From: Gammaproteobacteria bacterium | GTDB lineage: Bacteria > Pseudomonadota > Gammaproteobacteria > SURF-13 | Length of the DNA: 64,000 nucleotides | Direction: 5' to 3' | Assembly (NCBI GenBank): GCA_016195665.1 | Contig: JACPZD010000024.1 | Location: 99,130-163,129 of the forward strand | Made by a program: the position numbers and the translations under genes | The notes under the pieces: model-generated | The model's input: the letters and a program-made list of their open reading frames with translations, nothing else | What the model was told of the DNA's origin: nothing | The model's database searches: none | Shown here: positions 44,017 through 55,700 of the stretch, in pieces | Position numbering within the stretch: position 1 is the stretch's first letter | How the letters are laid out: each line of letters opens with the position of its first letter

Positions 44017-44664
44017 ATGAACATCCCCCAGCCAGTGCACATACGCGCCTTGGAAGGCGCACTGAACCGCTATCTCAATCTCGACCCAGATACCCCGTCG
44101 CGTTTCGCCGCTCTCTCCGGCAAGGTCATCGCGGTCGAATTGGAAGGCCTGGAGCGGACAATATACCTTGCGCCGGAGCCGGATGGGGTCCGCATCCTTG
44201 CGGATTATGCGGGCGTTCCCGATGCGACATTGCGTGGTGCGCCGTGGGCGCTATTACGCATGGGGAGCCTGCAGAGTGACAGCCGCGAGGCCCGTGCGGC
44301 GTTGGCCTTGGGCGAGATACGGATCAGCGGCGACGTCGAGTTGGGACAGCGCTTCAAGCAGATCCTCGACGCCGTCGAGATAGATTGGGAGGAACATCTC
44401 GCAGGGTTCGTGGGCGACCTGTTGGCCCACAAACTCGGTAACGCGGCGCGCGCCGTGCAGGGCTGGGGCCGGCAAGCCGCCGCCAGGCTCGGCCAGGATT
44501 TCGCCGAGTATCAACAGGAGGAAGCGTACAACCTGCCGCGCCCGGACGACGTGCGGAACTTTATCGGCGCGGTGGATACCTTGCGCGATGATGTCGAACG
44601 CCTGGAGCAACGGGTGGCGCGCCTGCGGCGCCGCCTGGAAGCTGCGACGGATAAAAAAACGTGA
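44017..44664 (+). CDS. ubiJ: ubiquinone biosynthesis accessory factor UbiJ (SCP2 domain)
   Basis: 215 aa; position between ubiE and ubiB; SCP2-like N-terminus and coiled-coil C-terminus. Confidence 0.8.
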   Translation: MNIPQPVHIRALEGALNRYLNLDPDTPSRFAALSGKVIAVELEGLERTIYLAPEPDGVRILADYAGVPDATLRGAPWALLRMGSLQSDSREARAALALGEIRISGDVELGQRFKQILDAVEIDWEEHLAGFVGDLLAHKLGNAARAVQGWGRQAAARLGQDFAEYQQEEAYNLPRPDDVRNFIGAVDTLRDDVERLEQRVARLRRRLEAATDKKT

Positions 44665-46319
44665 TACGCCCCGGCCAGTTTTTCCGCCTGTTTTATATCA
44701 ATCGTGTCTTGCTGCGGCATGGGCTGGACGAAATCATCCTCGCCACCCATCTGTTCCGCCCGCTGCGTTTTTTGCTTTATTTTGCCCCGTGGTACTGGGT
44801 GCGCGGCGATCTGCCGCCGCGCGCGGTGCGCATCCGCCGCGCCCTCGAAGACCTCGGACCGGTGTTCGTCAAGTTCGGGCAAATGCTCTCCACCCGCCCC
44901 GATTTATTGCCGGAAGACATCGCCAAGGAACTTGCTCTGCTTCAGGATCAAGTGCCGCCCTTCCCCGGCGATCAGGCGCGAGCCATCATCGAGCAGGCCT
45001 ACGGGAAACCCTTGAGCGAGGTGTTTCAGGAATTTCAGGAGACGCCCTTTGCCTCCGCCTCCATCGCACAAGTTCATCTCGCGCGCCTGTTCGGCGGCCG
45101 CGAGGTGGTTGTCAAGGTGGTGCGTCCGCAGATCGAAAAGGTGATCCGCCGCGATGTGAGCCTGCTTTACGCCCTCGCCGAGTTGGCCGAGCGTTACTGG
45201 TCACAGGGAAAACGTCTGCGGCCGCGCGAAATAGTCGCGGAGTACGAAAAGACCATACTCGATGAACTCGACCTGCTGCGCGAGGCGGGCAACGCCAGCC
45301 AGTTACGCCGCAACTGGCTGGGTTCCACGTTGCTCTATGTACCGGAAATCGAATGGCCATTGGCGCGCCGCGACGTCATGGTCATGGAACGGATTTACGG
45401 CATCCCTATCAGTGATGTCGCCGGGCTGCGCGCGGCAGGCATCAACCTCAAGGAACTGTCCGAACATGGCGTGGAAATATTTTTTACTCAAGTCTTCCGT
45501 CACAGTTTCTTTCACGCCGACATGCACCCCGGCAACATCTTCGTCTCGCCCAAGGGCCAATACGTCGCGGTGGACTTCGGTATCATGGGTACGCTCAGCC
45601 CGGCGGATCAACGCTATCTCGCGGAGAACTTTCTGGCCTTTTTCAACCGGGACTACCGCCGCGTCGCGCAGTTGCACGTAGATGCAGGCTGGGTGCCGTC
45701 TACTACGCGAGTAGATGAGTTTGAATCCGCCATGCGTACCGTGTGTGAACCGATTTTTGAACGCCCGCTGAAGGACATCTCCTTCGGGCAGTTGTTGCTG
45801 CGTCTGTTTCAAACGGCGCGCCGCTTTAATATGGAAGTGCAGCCGCAACTGGTGCTGCTGCAAAAAACCTTGCTCAACATCGAAGGGTTGGGCCGGCGAC
45901 TGTATCCCGAGCTGGACCTGTGGGTTACCTCGAAGCCGATCTTGGAACGCTGGATGAGCGAACAGGTCGGAACACGCGCCTTATTGCGCGCCATCCGCGA
46001 GAATGCCCCGCAGTGGGCGGAAAAGATGCCCGATATTCCTCTACTGGTGCATGAAGTCCTGGAACAGGCGCGTGACGGCAAACTGCAAATCGAATGGAAA
46101 TCGAAGGAACTTAATGAGATCCGCCGTGAGATGCGGCAGGCCATGGCCCGCGGCTATACCGCCACGATAGGCGCGGCCTTTATTATCAGCGCCGCAGTGA
46201 TTAAAGGTTTGGACGGTTATGCCCCGATGATGATCGGCAATGCGCCCGTGCTCACCTGGCTGCTCGGTGGCATCGGCGCCTTGCTCCTGATCCGTTCGTG
46301 GTCGGGCGGACGGGATTAA
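44661..46319 (+). CDS. ubiB: ubiquinone biosynthesis protein kinase-like UbiB
   Basis: 552 aa; ABC1 kinase-like motifs ([27 protein letters not shown]) and C-terminal TM helices. Confidence 0.95.
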   Translation: MIRPGQFFRLFYINRVLLRHGLDEIILATHLFRPLRFLLYFAPWYWVRGDLPPRAVRIRRALEDLGPVFVKFGQMLSTRPDLLPEDIAKELALLQDQVPPFPGDQARAIIEQAYGKPLSEVFQEFQETPFASASIAQVHLARLFGGREVVVKVVRPQIEKVIRRDVSLLYALAELAERYWSQGKRLRPREIVAEYEKTILDELDLLREAGNASQLRRNWLGSTLLYVPEIEWPLARRDVMVMERIYGIPISDVAGLRAAGINLKELSEHGVEIFFTQVFRHSFFHADMHPGNIFVSPKGQYVAVDFGIMGTLSPADQRYLAENFLAFFNRDYRRVAQLHVDAGWVPSTTRVDEFESAMRTVCEPIFERPLKDISFGQLLLRLFQTARRFNMEVQPQLVLLQKTLLNIEGLGRRLYPELDLWVTSKPILERWMSEQVGTRALLRAIRENAPQWAEKMPDIPLLVHEVLEQARDGKLQIEWKSKELNEIRREMRQAMARGYTATIGAAFIISAAVIKGLDGYAPMMIGNAPVLTWLLGGIGALLLIRSWSGGRD

Positions 46320-46329
46320 CTGATTAAAA

Positions 46330-46404
46330 CTTACCGCTGAGGACGCGGAGGTGTTTGGGGGGCATGAAATAACGCACCTCCTCTGCGATCTCTGCGGTTA
46401 TATT
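46330..46404. repeat. family-B palindromic element
   Basis: CTTACCGCTGAGGACGCGGAGGTGTTTGGGGGGCATGAAATAACGCACCTCCTCTGCGATCTCTGCGGTTATATT; between ubiB and the orphan membrane protein. Confidence 0.8.
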
Positions 46405-46433
46405 TTGCAGCGGCGAAGGCCGGATTTCTTTTC

Positions 46434-47375
46434 TCAACCCAGCCTGCGGACTTGCGGACCGCAGTCCTTAACGTGCCGCTCAATTTGCCCCTCCTCTGTC
46501 CGGCCGAAAGCGACCCGCCTGATTTCATTGCCTTCCGCGTTGCGGTAAACCAACTCATCCGTTTCCAGGCTGTACTCAGGATGACGGGGATCATTCCACT
46601 GGTCGAGAAAGTACATATAGAAGGGGGCAAAGAAGCCGCGGGTAGGGTAGTCCCGCTGCAGGGCGAATACGTATTCCGGCTGGTTCTTGACCTCATAGCC
46701 GTCATGGCAATACTGCACCCATACATATTCGCCCGTCACCACCAGCTTCCAGAACGGCGGGTCGTCATAGAACTTGAGGGAGATCTTCTTGCCTGCGGCG
46801 CTCAGCTTCTTCAAATAGGCGATGCTGATCTCGATTTCACTGCGGTAGGTTTCCAGCAGTGATTCCGGGTTGTCCAGGGAGTTGACGCGCTTGATAGCGC
46901 CCTCGCCATTCGGATTCATCAGCATCACCCGGATTTCGTAGCTGTGTTCCAAGGGCTGCTGAAGCATGCAATTTTCCGAGCTGAACGTATCATAGCCGGT
47001 GATGGAAAAAATCGAGACATCCCGCGCGCAAAGAAATTTCTTGCGCAAGGCACGCTCGCCCCGACGGGAAAACCAGCCGGTTTTTTCGCGCGCATACACC
47101 AGCGAGGCGATCTTATTCATCCGCAAGTTGCGCCGTCCGTCCAAGGCAATTATGGAAATATTAAACAGCATGACCAGGACGGCGGCAAAGCCGATCTCTG
47201 TGATGACCAGTAAATGGGAATCGTATTCCACTTTGGGCCACCAATAGTAAAGAATGTATTTGGCAGCCACTGGCAAGTAAAAAGCCATTCCAATGGCCAG
47301 CAGCGTGATGACGATATGCGCCACAATATGCCGGAAGCTGCTGGAGAGACTGCGAAAATGGATGTTGTAATGCAT
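46434..47375 (-). CDS. hypothetical membrane-anchored protein (two N-terminal TM helices plus roughly 230-aa cytoplasmic domain), visibly lower GC than the surroundings
   Basis: 313-aa ORF with no recognisable catalytic motif; by eye roughly 52-54% GC against roughly 63% in neighbours; flanked by family-B palindromic repeat 46330..46404. Confidence 0.6.
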   Translation of the reverse strand: MHYNIHFRSLSSSFRHIVAHIVITLLAIGMAFYLPVAAKYILYYWWPKVEYDSHLLVITEIGFAAVLVMLFNISIIALDGRRNLRMNKIASLVYAREKTGWFSRRGERALRKKFLCARDVSIFSITGYDTFSSENCMLQQPLEHSYEIRVMLMNPNGEGAIKRVNSLDNPESLLETYRSEIEISIAYLKKLSAAGKKISLKFYDDPPFWKLVVTGEYVWVQYCHDGYEVKNQPEYVFALQRDYPTRGFFAPFYMYFLDQWNDPRHPEYSLETDELVYRNAEGNEIRRVAFGRTEEGQIERHVKDCGPQVRRLG

Positions 47376-47586
47376 CGTATGCTCCTTGGAAATGGGATGG
47401 ACACGAGATAAACGGGCGATTGTACTGCCGACGGTTGAAGAACAAGCTGCGTGCGGCCCATGGATGAGCCACCATTTCGGGACTACAGAAGACAGCCGGA
47501 GTAGTTATCCGGCCGTCATGCAAACAGCAAAATAATTATACCACAGATTCAGGCTTTGGGTACGCGGCGATTTCACTTTTAAACTA

Positions 47587-47808
47587 CTACGGTTTTTTTG
47601 CTCCTACCACAACCAGTACGATTCCTCCTGCCAGCGCCAATACGCCTAAAACAGGCGGGAGCGGGATCGTCTTCTCGGTTTCTGCAGTGGCCTCGATGGG
47701 GCCAATGTCAATGACCTTCTCTTGGGTCGTGTAGGTAATTCCCTGGTAGGCGAGTGCAACAACCCCCAGTACGATAAGAATGATACCGATCATGGTCGCC
47801 GATTTCAT
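47587..47808 (-). CDS. small two-TM membrane protein (DUF3185-like)
   Basis: 73 aa, MKSATMIGIILIVLGVVALAYQG ... LALAGGIVLVVVGAKKP. Confidence 0.5.
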   Translation of the reverse strand: MKSATMIGIILIVLGVVALAYQGITYTTQEKVIDIGPIEATAETEKTIPLPPVLGVLALAGGIVLVVVGAKKP

Positions 47809-47849
47809 ACACAGTCTCCTTGATTAATTTTGAAATCAGGTGGATCCGA

Positions 47850-47878
47850 GGAATCTCTGATTTATCAGAGATTCCATA
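47850..47878. repeat. family-E-like palindrome AGGAATCTCTGATTTATCAGAGATTCCAT
   Basis: Between the two small membrane-protein genes; same CTCTGA.TT.A.TCAGAG core as family E and the family-A termini. Confidence 0.7.
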
Positions 47879-47881
47879 AAA

Positions 47882-48037
47882 CTATAAAGGCCTGCGGCCC
47901 TGGATGATTCGAATCAGTACCACAATGATGGCGATCACCAAGAGGATATGGATAAACCCGCCGATGGTGTAGGAGGTGACCAGCCCTAATGCCCATAGAA
48001 TCAACAGAACTACAGCAACAGTCCACAAGATATCCAT
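47882..48037 (-). CDS. lmo0937-family small membrane protein (51 aa; in a different frame from listed ORF 47865..48113)
   Basis: MDILWTVAVVLLILWALGLVTSYTIGGFIHILLVIAIIVVLIRIIQGRRPL shows the characteristic W..GL.....GG.IH.LLV pattern. Confidence 0.5.
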   Translation of the reverse strand: MDILWTVAVVLLILWALGLVTSYTIGGFIHILLVIAIIVVLIRIIQGRRPL

Positions 48038-48217
48038 GTTCAACTCCTTTGTTTAATGGGGTCAATTGCCAGGTTAATGTCAATCTACCCCATTTATTAA
48101 GCGACATTTTCAAAACGAATGCAAATAATTGTGTGCCTTGTCAGGGGGCGGAATAACGGGGCTGATACTTAGAGCATATCCATAAATAGTTCCCCTGTGT
48201 CCCTTGCGGTGAAAAAG

Positions 48218-48288
48218 CTTCACCGCGGAGGACGCGGAGGAGAAACAAATCCTTCTTGATTCCTCTGCGCCCTCTGCGGTAAATTATT
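48218..48288. repeat. family-B palindromic element
   Basis: CTTCACCGCGGAGGACGCGGAGGAGAAACAAATCCTTCTTGATTCCTCTGCGCCCTCTGCGGTAAATTA; upstream of the lmo0937-like gene and sulP. Confidence 0.8.
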
Positions 48289-48393
48289 TATGGATAAGTT
48301 CTTAGATGCTTTGGGATATTTTGGGTTACGACAAATGCCTAGCCGGTCCTACGAATACCGCGAGCTACTCGTCATGAACGGTTTTAATCAGCT

Positions 48394-50031
48394 CTAGTGT
48401 TTCTCCGCAGCATTCAACGCCGCCAGCAAATCGGGATAGACATTCTCTGCGCCCAGCTGATCTAGGATGCCGGCCTGGGTCAGCTTTCTGGTCACGCGTT
48501 CATTGGCCTCGCAGATGATGATGCGTTTGTGCTTATTCTGAAACAGCTCGATCATCTCGTGGAAGGTTTGCATCGCGGTGGCATCGACGAACGGGACGCG
48601 TGCCAGGCGGATGATCAATACCCTGATGTCACCGTTTAACTCCATCATCGTGTTCTCGAAGGTTTCGGCGGCGCCGAAAAAAAACGGCCCGTCGATGGAA
48701 TAGATTTGCACGCCTTTGGGAATGCCGATCACGCAGTAATCCGGCAACAGGGTAGCGATTTCCTCGCTGTTGATGCCTTCGATGCGCACCGACTCCGCCA
48801 TGCGCTTCATGAACAGCAATGCGGCCAGGATCACGCCGACATTGACCGCAATCACCAGATCCACAAATACGGTGAGAAAAAATGTAATCAGCAACACGGC
48901 GACATCGCTGCGCGGGCTGCTCTTCACCAGATGTGCAAAGTGGCGCAGCTCGCTCATGTTATAGGCCACCACAAACAGAATGGCGGCGAGCGCGCACATG
49001 GGGATGTAAGCGGCATATGGCGCGAGTGCCAGCAGGATGAGCAGCAAGACCGCCGAGTGGGTGATGCCGGCGAGCGGGCTTGTGGCGCCGTTGCGGATGT
49101 TGGTGGCGGTGCGGGCGATGGCGCCGGTGGCGGCGAAGCCGCCGAACAGCGGGGTCACCATGTTGGCCAGCCCCAGCCCGGTCAGCTCCTGATTGGAATT
49201 ATGCCGTGTGCCGGTCATGCCGTCGGCCACGACTGCCGAGAGCAATGATTCAATCGCGCCCAGCATCGCAATGGTGAAGGCCGGCCCGATGAGCTCGATG
49301 ATATGCGTAAAGCTGACTTGCGGCAGCTTGAACTCGGGCAGGCCCTGGGCCAGGCCGCCGAACACACTGCCGATGGTCGCTACACCGTCGAATTTAAACA
49401 GCACTTGCAGCAGTGTGACTACCAGCATGGCAACGAGAGGGCCGGGGACGCGCCTGATGAATTTCGGAGTGAGGATCGCGAGCGCGAGCGCCGTAAGCGC
49501 AAGGCCGGCGGTCGCCAGATGCGGGTGCGGCAAGGCTTGCAGCAGGCTCCAGAACTTCTGGTGAAAATGTGTTCCCGCGGATGGCGGATGCAGGCCGAAA
49601 AAATCCTTCCACTGGCCCACCCAGATGATGACCGCGATGCCTGTGGTAAAGCCGACCACGACCGGATTGGGAATGAATTTTATCAGCGCGCCCAGGTTGG
49701 CGAGGCCCATTACGACGAGGATCAGGCCCGCCATCAAGGTGGCGAGTTGCAGGCCGTCGAAGCCGTATTTTGCTGTAATACCGGCGAGGATAACGATGAA
49801 GGCCCCGGTGGGGCCTGAGATTTGCATCCGGCTACCGCCCAGCACCGCAGTGAGCAAGCCCGCGATCACGGCGGTATAGATGCCTTGTTCCGGTTTGGCG
49901 CCGGAGGCGATGGCAAACGCCATGGCGAGGGGGAGCGCCACTACGCCGACGATAACTCCGGCGAGCAGATTGGGGAGGATGTGTCCGCGCCCAAACAGTC
50001 CGGCGCGGCTGGCTTCAAGAAAGGCGATCAA
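48394..50031 (-). CDS. SulP family anion transporter with C-terminal STAS domain
   Basis: 545 aa; SLC26/SulP TM core and C-terminal STAS (...RVLIIRLARVPFVDATAMQTFHEM). Confidence 0.9.
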   Translation of the reverse strand: MIAFLEASRAGLFGRGHILPNLLAGVIVGVVALPLAMAFAIASGAKPEQGIYTAVIAGLLTAVLGGSRMQISGPTGAFIVILAGITAKYGFDGLQLATLMAGLILVVMGLANLGALIKFIPNPVVVGFTTGIAVIIWVGQWKDFFGLHPPSAGTHFHQKFWSLLQALPHPHLATAGLALTALALAILTPKFIRRVPGPLVAMLVVTLLQVLFKFDGVATIGSVFGGLAQGLPEFKLPQVSFTHIIELIGPAFTIAMLGAIESLLSAVVADGMTGTRHNSNQELTGLGLANMVTPLFGGFAATGAIARTATNIRNGATSPLAGITHSAVLLLILLALAPYAAYIPMCALAAILFVVAYNMSELRHFAHLVKSSPRSDVAVLLITFFLTVFVDLVIAVNVGVILAALLFMKRMAESVRIEGINSEEIATLLPDYCVIGIPKGVQIYSIDGPFFFGAAETFENTMMELNGDIRVLIIRLARVPFVDATAMQTFHEMIELFQNKHKRIIICEANERVTRKLTQAGILDQLGAENVYPDLLAALNAAEKH

Positions 50032-50585
50032 CGCAGTGTGCGCTGCAAGGCGGCTTCGACCTGAGTGCGTTTTTCTTTTCCGGACAATACCTCGATCAGT
50101 TCGAGTGCGAAATCCATCGCCGTGCCGGGGCCGCGCGAGGTGATGACCTTGCCGTCCCTGACCACGGGATTATTTTCAATCCTGATGTTGGAGGACGCGA
50201 GTATTTCCAGTGTGCCCGGAAAGCCGGTCGCGCGTTTGCCATTGAGCAGGCCGGCATGCGCGAGTACGGCGGGCGCGGCGCAGATAGCGGCGGTGAATTT
50301 GCCGCTATTCGCCATCTTTTTTAACAGTTCACGGACGCGCGCGTCTTTGTTCAAATTGTCTGCGCCAGGCTGGCCGCCGGGTAGCACCACCATGTCGTAG
50401 TCGTGCTCGAGCGCTTCGTCGAGCGTGGTATCGGGCAACAGGCGCGTACCGCGGCTTCCACGCACCGGCCCGGCATCGAACCCGGCCGTCACGACCGTGA
50501 TGTCGGCGCGGCGCAGCAGGTCTATGATGGTGACGGCCTCAAGCTCTTCGCAACCTTGTGCAAGCGGAACGAGCACCTGTGTCAT
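50028..50585 (-). CDS. DJ-1/PfpI family protein (YajL-like)
   Basis: Start MTQVLVPLAQGCEELEAVT; nucleophile-elbow AICAAP; 4-nt overlap with sulP. Confidence 0.85.
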   Translation of the reverse strand: MTQVLVPLAQGCEELEAVTIIDLLRRADITVVTAGFDAGPVRGSRGTRLLPDTTLDEALEHDYDMVVLPGGQPGADNLNKDARVRELLKKMANSGKFTAAICAAPAVLAHAGLLNGKRATGFPGTLEILASSNIRIENNPVVRDGKVITSRGPGTAMDFALELIEVLSGKEKRTQVEAALQRTLR

Positions 50586-50597
50586 CGCGGGTCCTAT

Positions 50598-50715
50598 AGA
50601 GTTGAACCGCCAAGACGCCAAGAACGCCAAGATTTTTCCTTCAATTCAAGCCTTTTTTCTTGGTGATCTTGGAGCCTTGGCGGTTGATGATATATTTTCA
50701 GAGTTTCCCTAGGTT
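50598..50715. mobile_element. family-A element, inverted orientation, left terminus truncated
   Basis: GTTGAACCGCCAAGACGCCAAGAACGCCAAGATTTTTCC...TTCTTGGTGATCTTGGAGCCTTGGCGGTTGATGATATATTTTCAGAGTTTCCCTAGG; between ctpA and the DJ-1 gene. Confidence 0.8.
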
Positions 50716-50728
50716 TACGGCCGCAAAC

Positions 50729-52129
<1,401 letters not shown>

Positions 52130-52331
52130 TCTACATCCGTGAGGAACGACTAATATTGCATTTTACCGCAAGATGGGCGATTTTCCTTGTGCTTTTTATA
52201 GCAGGCTGTTAAAAAACAGCCTGCTGGGGCGCACGGCGCAAAGCAAAAATCGCACTTTTTGCTTTGCGATTTGGAAAAGGCCATGGCGGGCTTTTTTTCA
52301 ACAACCTGATGGAGTAAGCGATTTTGAACTG

Positions 52332-53477
52332 CTAAGCCGGAGGCGCGCACCACAGTGCAGGGTTGTTCGGCTCGCCGTGCGCCCGGATCTCAAAATACAG
52401 CCCGGCGGGTTCCTCGGCGCCGTTCAAACCCACGGCGGCGATGGTCTCGCCGGCCTCAACCCGGTCGCCGGATTTTTTATGCAACTCGCGGTTGTAGCCA
52501 TACAGGCTCATGTAGCCGTCGCCATGGTCAATAATGACGAGCAAACCAAAGCCGCGCAGTTCGTCGGCAAACACGACCCGGCCCGCCGCGATGGCCCGTA
52601 CCGCCGCGCCTTCCTCGGCCTGGATCAACACCCCGCGCCATTTTAGTTGCCCGCCCAGCCGCGGGCTGTCGTAGTGGGCGATGAGGGGGCCCTGGCTCGG
52701 CCACGGTAGTTTGCCTTTGAGCGCCGCAAACGGCGTAGGGTCGCCGCCGGTCTTGGGTTCATGGGCCGCGGCCGACTGCTGCAAGGTGGGAAGTAAGGCC
52801 TGGAGGCGTCTTTCGTCCTCCAGGAGGCGGGTCAACTCCTCATTTTTGACGCCGATCTCGCTGTTAAGCCCGGCGAGCAGTTGGACGCGCGTTTGCCGGC
52901 CCAGTTCCAGAAGCTGTCTTTCTTCCCGTTGCGCGGTCTGTAATGTCTCGAGGGCGGCCACTTGCTGTCCGATGGACTCAGTCACCGCGGCAAGTTGCTT
53001 GAGATTTACACTGTAGTTTTCTATCCGGCGCATCCGCGCGCGATTCAGATAGTCGTAATAAACCAGTTGACGGCCGAGCCGGGCGGGGTCTTCCTGATTC
53101 AACAGGATCTTCAAGTCATCCTGCCTCCCCAGGATATAGGCCGCACGCAGCTGCCGGCCCAGCGCCGCGCTCTGGGCGTCAAGTTCGTCCTGGAGGCGAC
53201 GCTTTTCAGCTTCCAGTTCGTTGAGCCGCCGGGTATGGGTTTGCAGTTGGGCGTCTTGCTCTTTGAGGCGCGCATCGAGAGCGGCAATGGCCTGCTCGGC
53301 GTCGGCGAGGCGGGTGCGCAGATCGCCCTGTTGTTGCTGCGCGCCCTCCAGGCTGTACCGCAATGTCTCGATCCGGCTGCGAAGATTCTCCAGCTCAGCA
53401 GACTTGCTTTGGTAATTCGCGGCGTCGTTGTCTTGCGTAGCGCCCCAAGCGGGCAGCGCTAGGGCGGATACAAGCAT
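52332..53477 (-). CDS. envC: murein hydrolase activator EnvC (coiled-coil + LytM/M23 domain)
   Basis: Long Q/R/L-rich coiled coil then an M23 domain (IDHGDGYMSLYGYN). Start set at MLVSALALPAWG; upstream residues of the listed ORF are translated repeat. Confidence 0.85.
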   Translation of the reverse strand: MLVSALALPAWGATQDNDAANYQSKSAELENLRSRIETLRYSLEGAQQQQGDLRTRLADAEQAIAALDARLKEQDAQLQTHTRRLNELEAEKRRLQDELDAQSAALGRQLRAAYILGRQDDLKILLNQEDPARLGRQLVYYDYLNRARMRRIENYSVNLKQLAAVTESIGQQVAALETLQTAQREERQLLELGRQTRVQLLAGLNSEIGVKNEELTRLLEDERRLQALLPTLQQSAAAHEPKTGGDPTPFAALKGKLPWPSQGPLIAHYDSPRLGGQLKWRGVLIQAEEGAAVRAIAAGRVVFADELRGFGLLVIIDHGDGYMSLYGYNRELHKKSGDRVEAGETIAAVGLNGAEEPAGLYFEIRAHGEPNNPALWCAPPA

Positions 53478-53525
53478 GAGAACGCTTATCTTGTATCTTG
53501 TATCTTTTCCCTTGTATCTGGTTCT
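53468..53525. repeat. family-C GATACAA/TTGTATC heptamer-array hairpin
   Basis: GATACAAGCATGAGAACGCTTATCTTGTATCTTGTATCTTTTCCCTTGTATCTGG between gpmI and envC. Confidence 0.75.
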
Positions 53526-55122
53526 AATGAACAAACTCCACCAGGCTATCGCCGCTCATCTCGGAGGGGATGTCCAAGTTCATAAGGTGCAGCAGGGTCG
53601 GGGCGACATCGGCCAGGGTCCCGCCTTTGGTCATCTTGGCGGGCCGGCCGACGTAGATCAACGGCACCGGGTTGGTGGTATGCGCGGTGTGCGCCTGACC
53701 GGTGCCCTCGCCGATGAGCTGCTCCGCGTTGCCGTGATCGGCGGTGACGAGCAACTCGCCGCCGACCTTTTTTAGGGCCTCGACGATGCGACCGAGGCAG
53801 GCGTCTATGGTTTCAATCGCCTTAACGGTGGCGTCAAGGTTGCCGGTATGTCCGACCATGTCCGGGTTGGCGAAGTTGCAGATGACGGTATCGTAGGTGC
53901 GGCTCTCGATGGCCTGCACCAACTGGTCGGTGAGTTGCACCGCGCTCATCTGCGGCTGCAAGTCGTAGGTAGCGACGTGCGGCGAGGGGATCAGGATGCG
54001 ATCTTCGCCCACAAACGGCTGCTCCTCTCCGCCGTTAAAAAAGAAGGTCACGTGCGCGTATTTTTCGGTCTCGGCGATGCGCAGTTGACGTAAACCCTGT
54101 TCCGCGACATAGGCCCCGAAGACGTTTTTCAGGCGCTCCGGCGGAAAGGCCACCGGCACGGGGAAGTCCTCGCTGTAATCGGTGAGGGTGACAAAGCCGC
54201 CGAGCTTGGGCATGGCCTCGCGCCTGAAACCGGTGAAGTTCGGCTCGATGAAGGCGCGCGTGATCTGGCGCGCACGGTCGGAGCGGAAATTCATGAAGAT
54301 CACCACATCGCCGTCCTCGATGCGCACCGGTTGTTGAGTCGCTCCCGGCATCCTGCCTCCCGCGACACTAGTACTTCCCTGTACGTCGCCCTGCGGAACG
54401 ATGGCGGTGGCCTTGACGAACTCGTCGGACTCGCCGCGCGCATAGGCCATCTCGAGGGCCTGCATGGCGGTCTCGGCGCGAAACTCCGCCTTTCCCAGCG
54501 TGATGAGGTCGTAGGCCGCTTGAATACGCGGCCAGCGGTGATCGCGGTCCATCGCGTAATAGCGGCCTATGATCGAGGCGAAGCGGCCCTTGCCCAAGGC
54601 ATCGAACTTATCCTGCATGGCCTTGATGGAAGCCGTCGCGCTCTTTGGCGAGGTATCGCGGCCGTCCAAAAAGGCGTGCAGATACACGCGCGCCGCGCTG
54701 CGCCGCGCCGCCAATTCGGCCATGGTGTGGATGTGCTCTTCATGGCTGTGCACGCCGCCGTCGGACAGCAGCCCCAGCATGTGCACCGCCTTGTTATTGG
54801 CGACGGCCTGATCCACGGCCTTGGTCAACGCCTCGTTGGTGAAGAACGAACCGGTCTTGATGGCGCGGCTGATGCGGCTGAATTCCTGATAGACGATGCG
54901 TCCCGCGCCGAGATTGAGGTGCCCCACCTCGGAATTGCCCATCTGATCGGCGGGCAGGCCGACATCCGTCCCCGAGGTGCTGATGAGCGTGTGCGGGTAA
55001 TTTTTCCAAAGGCCGTCCCACACCGGTTTGCGGGCGGCGAGTATGGCGTTGCCTACCGGATTTTCGCTATAGCCCCAGCCATCCAGAACGATGAGCACCA
55101 TGGGGCGATGTGTCAAAGGCAT
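53524..55122 (-). CDS. gpmI: 2,3-bisphosphoglycerate-independent phosphoglycerate mutase, carrying the 17-aa in-frame insertion
   Basis: Start [20 protein letters not shown]; catalytic Ser region [12 protein letters not shown]; insertion [17 protein letters not shown] within ...ATAIVPQG|...|[10 protein letters not shown]. Confidence 0.95.
   Translation of the reverse strand: MPLTHRPMVLIVLDGWGYSENPVGNAILAARKPVWDGLWKNYPHTLISTSGTDVGLPADQMGNSEVGHLNLGAGRIVYQEFSRISRAIKTGSFFTNEALTKAVDQAVANNKAVHMLGLLSDGGVHSHEEHIHTMAELAARRSAARVYLHAFLDGRDTSPKSATASIKAMQDKFDALGKGRFASIIGRYYAMDRDHRWPRIQAAYDLITLGKAEFRAETAMQALEMAYARGESDEFVKATAIVPQGDVQGSTSVAGGRMPGATQQPVRIEDGDVVIFMNFRSDRARQITRAFIEPNFTGFRREAMPKLGGFVTLTDYSEDFPVPVAFPPERLKNVFGAYVAEQGLRQLRIAETEKYAHVTFFFNGGEEQPFVGEDRILIPSPHVATYDLQPQMSAVQLTDQLVQAIESRTYDTVICNFANPDMVGHTGNLDATVKAIETIDACLGRIVEALKKVGGELLVTADHGNAEQLIGEGTGQAHTAHTTNPVPLIYVGRPAKMTKGGTLADVAPTLLHLMNLDIPSEMSGDSLVEFVH
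54338..54388 (-). repeat. 51-nt in-frame coding-embedded element, copy 3 (in gpmI)
   Basis: Sense strand cGACGTACAGGGAAGTACTAGTGTCGCGGGAGGCAGGATGCCGGGAGCGAC; translated [17 protein letters not shown]. Confidence 0.9.
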
Positions 55123-55268
55123 GGATTTAATCCTGCACACGGCCGAGTGTTGGCTGGTTCCGGACAACCGGGGAAACGCAAAGACAATGGCATGAAAGGC
55201 GTTATAACTATAAAATAGGCGTTTATAAGCAAATTATACAATTTTCTTCCCTATTCGGTATACAGCGC

Positions 55269-55700
55269 ATGCAGCAGTTAAGCACATTCGTCATCGCCCA
55301 CTGGGAGCTGTTTTTGGCGCTGGTGATTATCCTCGCCCTGCTGTTAACCAGCGGCCTCAGTCAGAAAATGCTCGGTTTCAAAGAGGTGGAGCCGCAGGAG
55401 GCGGTGCGCCTCATCAATCAACAAGGCGCCACGGTGTTGGATGTGCGTGAAGAGAAAGAGTTCCACGAGGGTCACATCGTGCACGCGATATCCGCTCCGC
55501 TGGAAAATTTGGAGGCGCGCCTGCCTGCGCTGGAAGACTATAAGGACAAGCCCATCATCATCGCCTGTCAAACGGGTGAGCGTTCCGCGCGCGCGGCTGC
55601 GCTGCTGCGCAAACAGGGCTTTACCACGCCCTACAAATTGGCTGGCGGGCTGCGCGCCTGGCGCGAGGCCAAGCTGCCGCTGAGTAAAGGGCGCCTCTAA
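55269..55700 (+). CDS. membrane-anchored rhodanese-domain protein (YibN-like)
   Basis: 143 aa, N-terminal TM helix, active-site CQTGERS; conserved yibN-grxC-secB-gpsA neighbourhood. Confidence 0.8.
   Translation: MQQLSTFVIAHWELFLALVIILALLLTSGLSQKMLGFKEVEPQEAVRLINQQGATVLDVREEKEFHEGHIVHAISAPLENLEARLPALEDYKDKPIIIACQTGERSARAAALLRKQGFTTPYKLAGGLRAWREAKLPLSKGRL

Noticed and set aside
47865-48113. 82-aa minus-strand ORF (MKMSLNKWGRLTL...)
   Set aside because: A different frame on the same strand encodes a convincing 51-aa lmo0937-family membrane protein (47882..48037). The listed frame is Cys/His-rich junk.
54331-55218. 295-aa plus-strand ORF inside gpmI, also 15860..16831 (+), 17530..18303 (+), 20018..21034 (+), 50888..51679 (+), 58380..59423 (-), 32551..33642 (-)
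   Set aside because: All lie antisense to strongly supported genes (gpmI, rpe/gph, the GGDEF-EAL gene, the CHASE kinase, ctpA, holA, dxs) and show shadow-frame composition. The gpmI one even contains the reverse translation of the 51-nt element ([11 protein letters not shown]).
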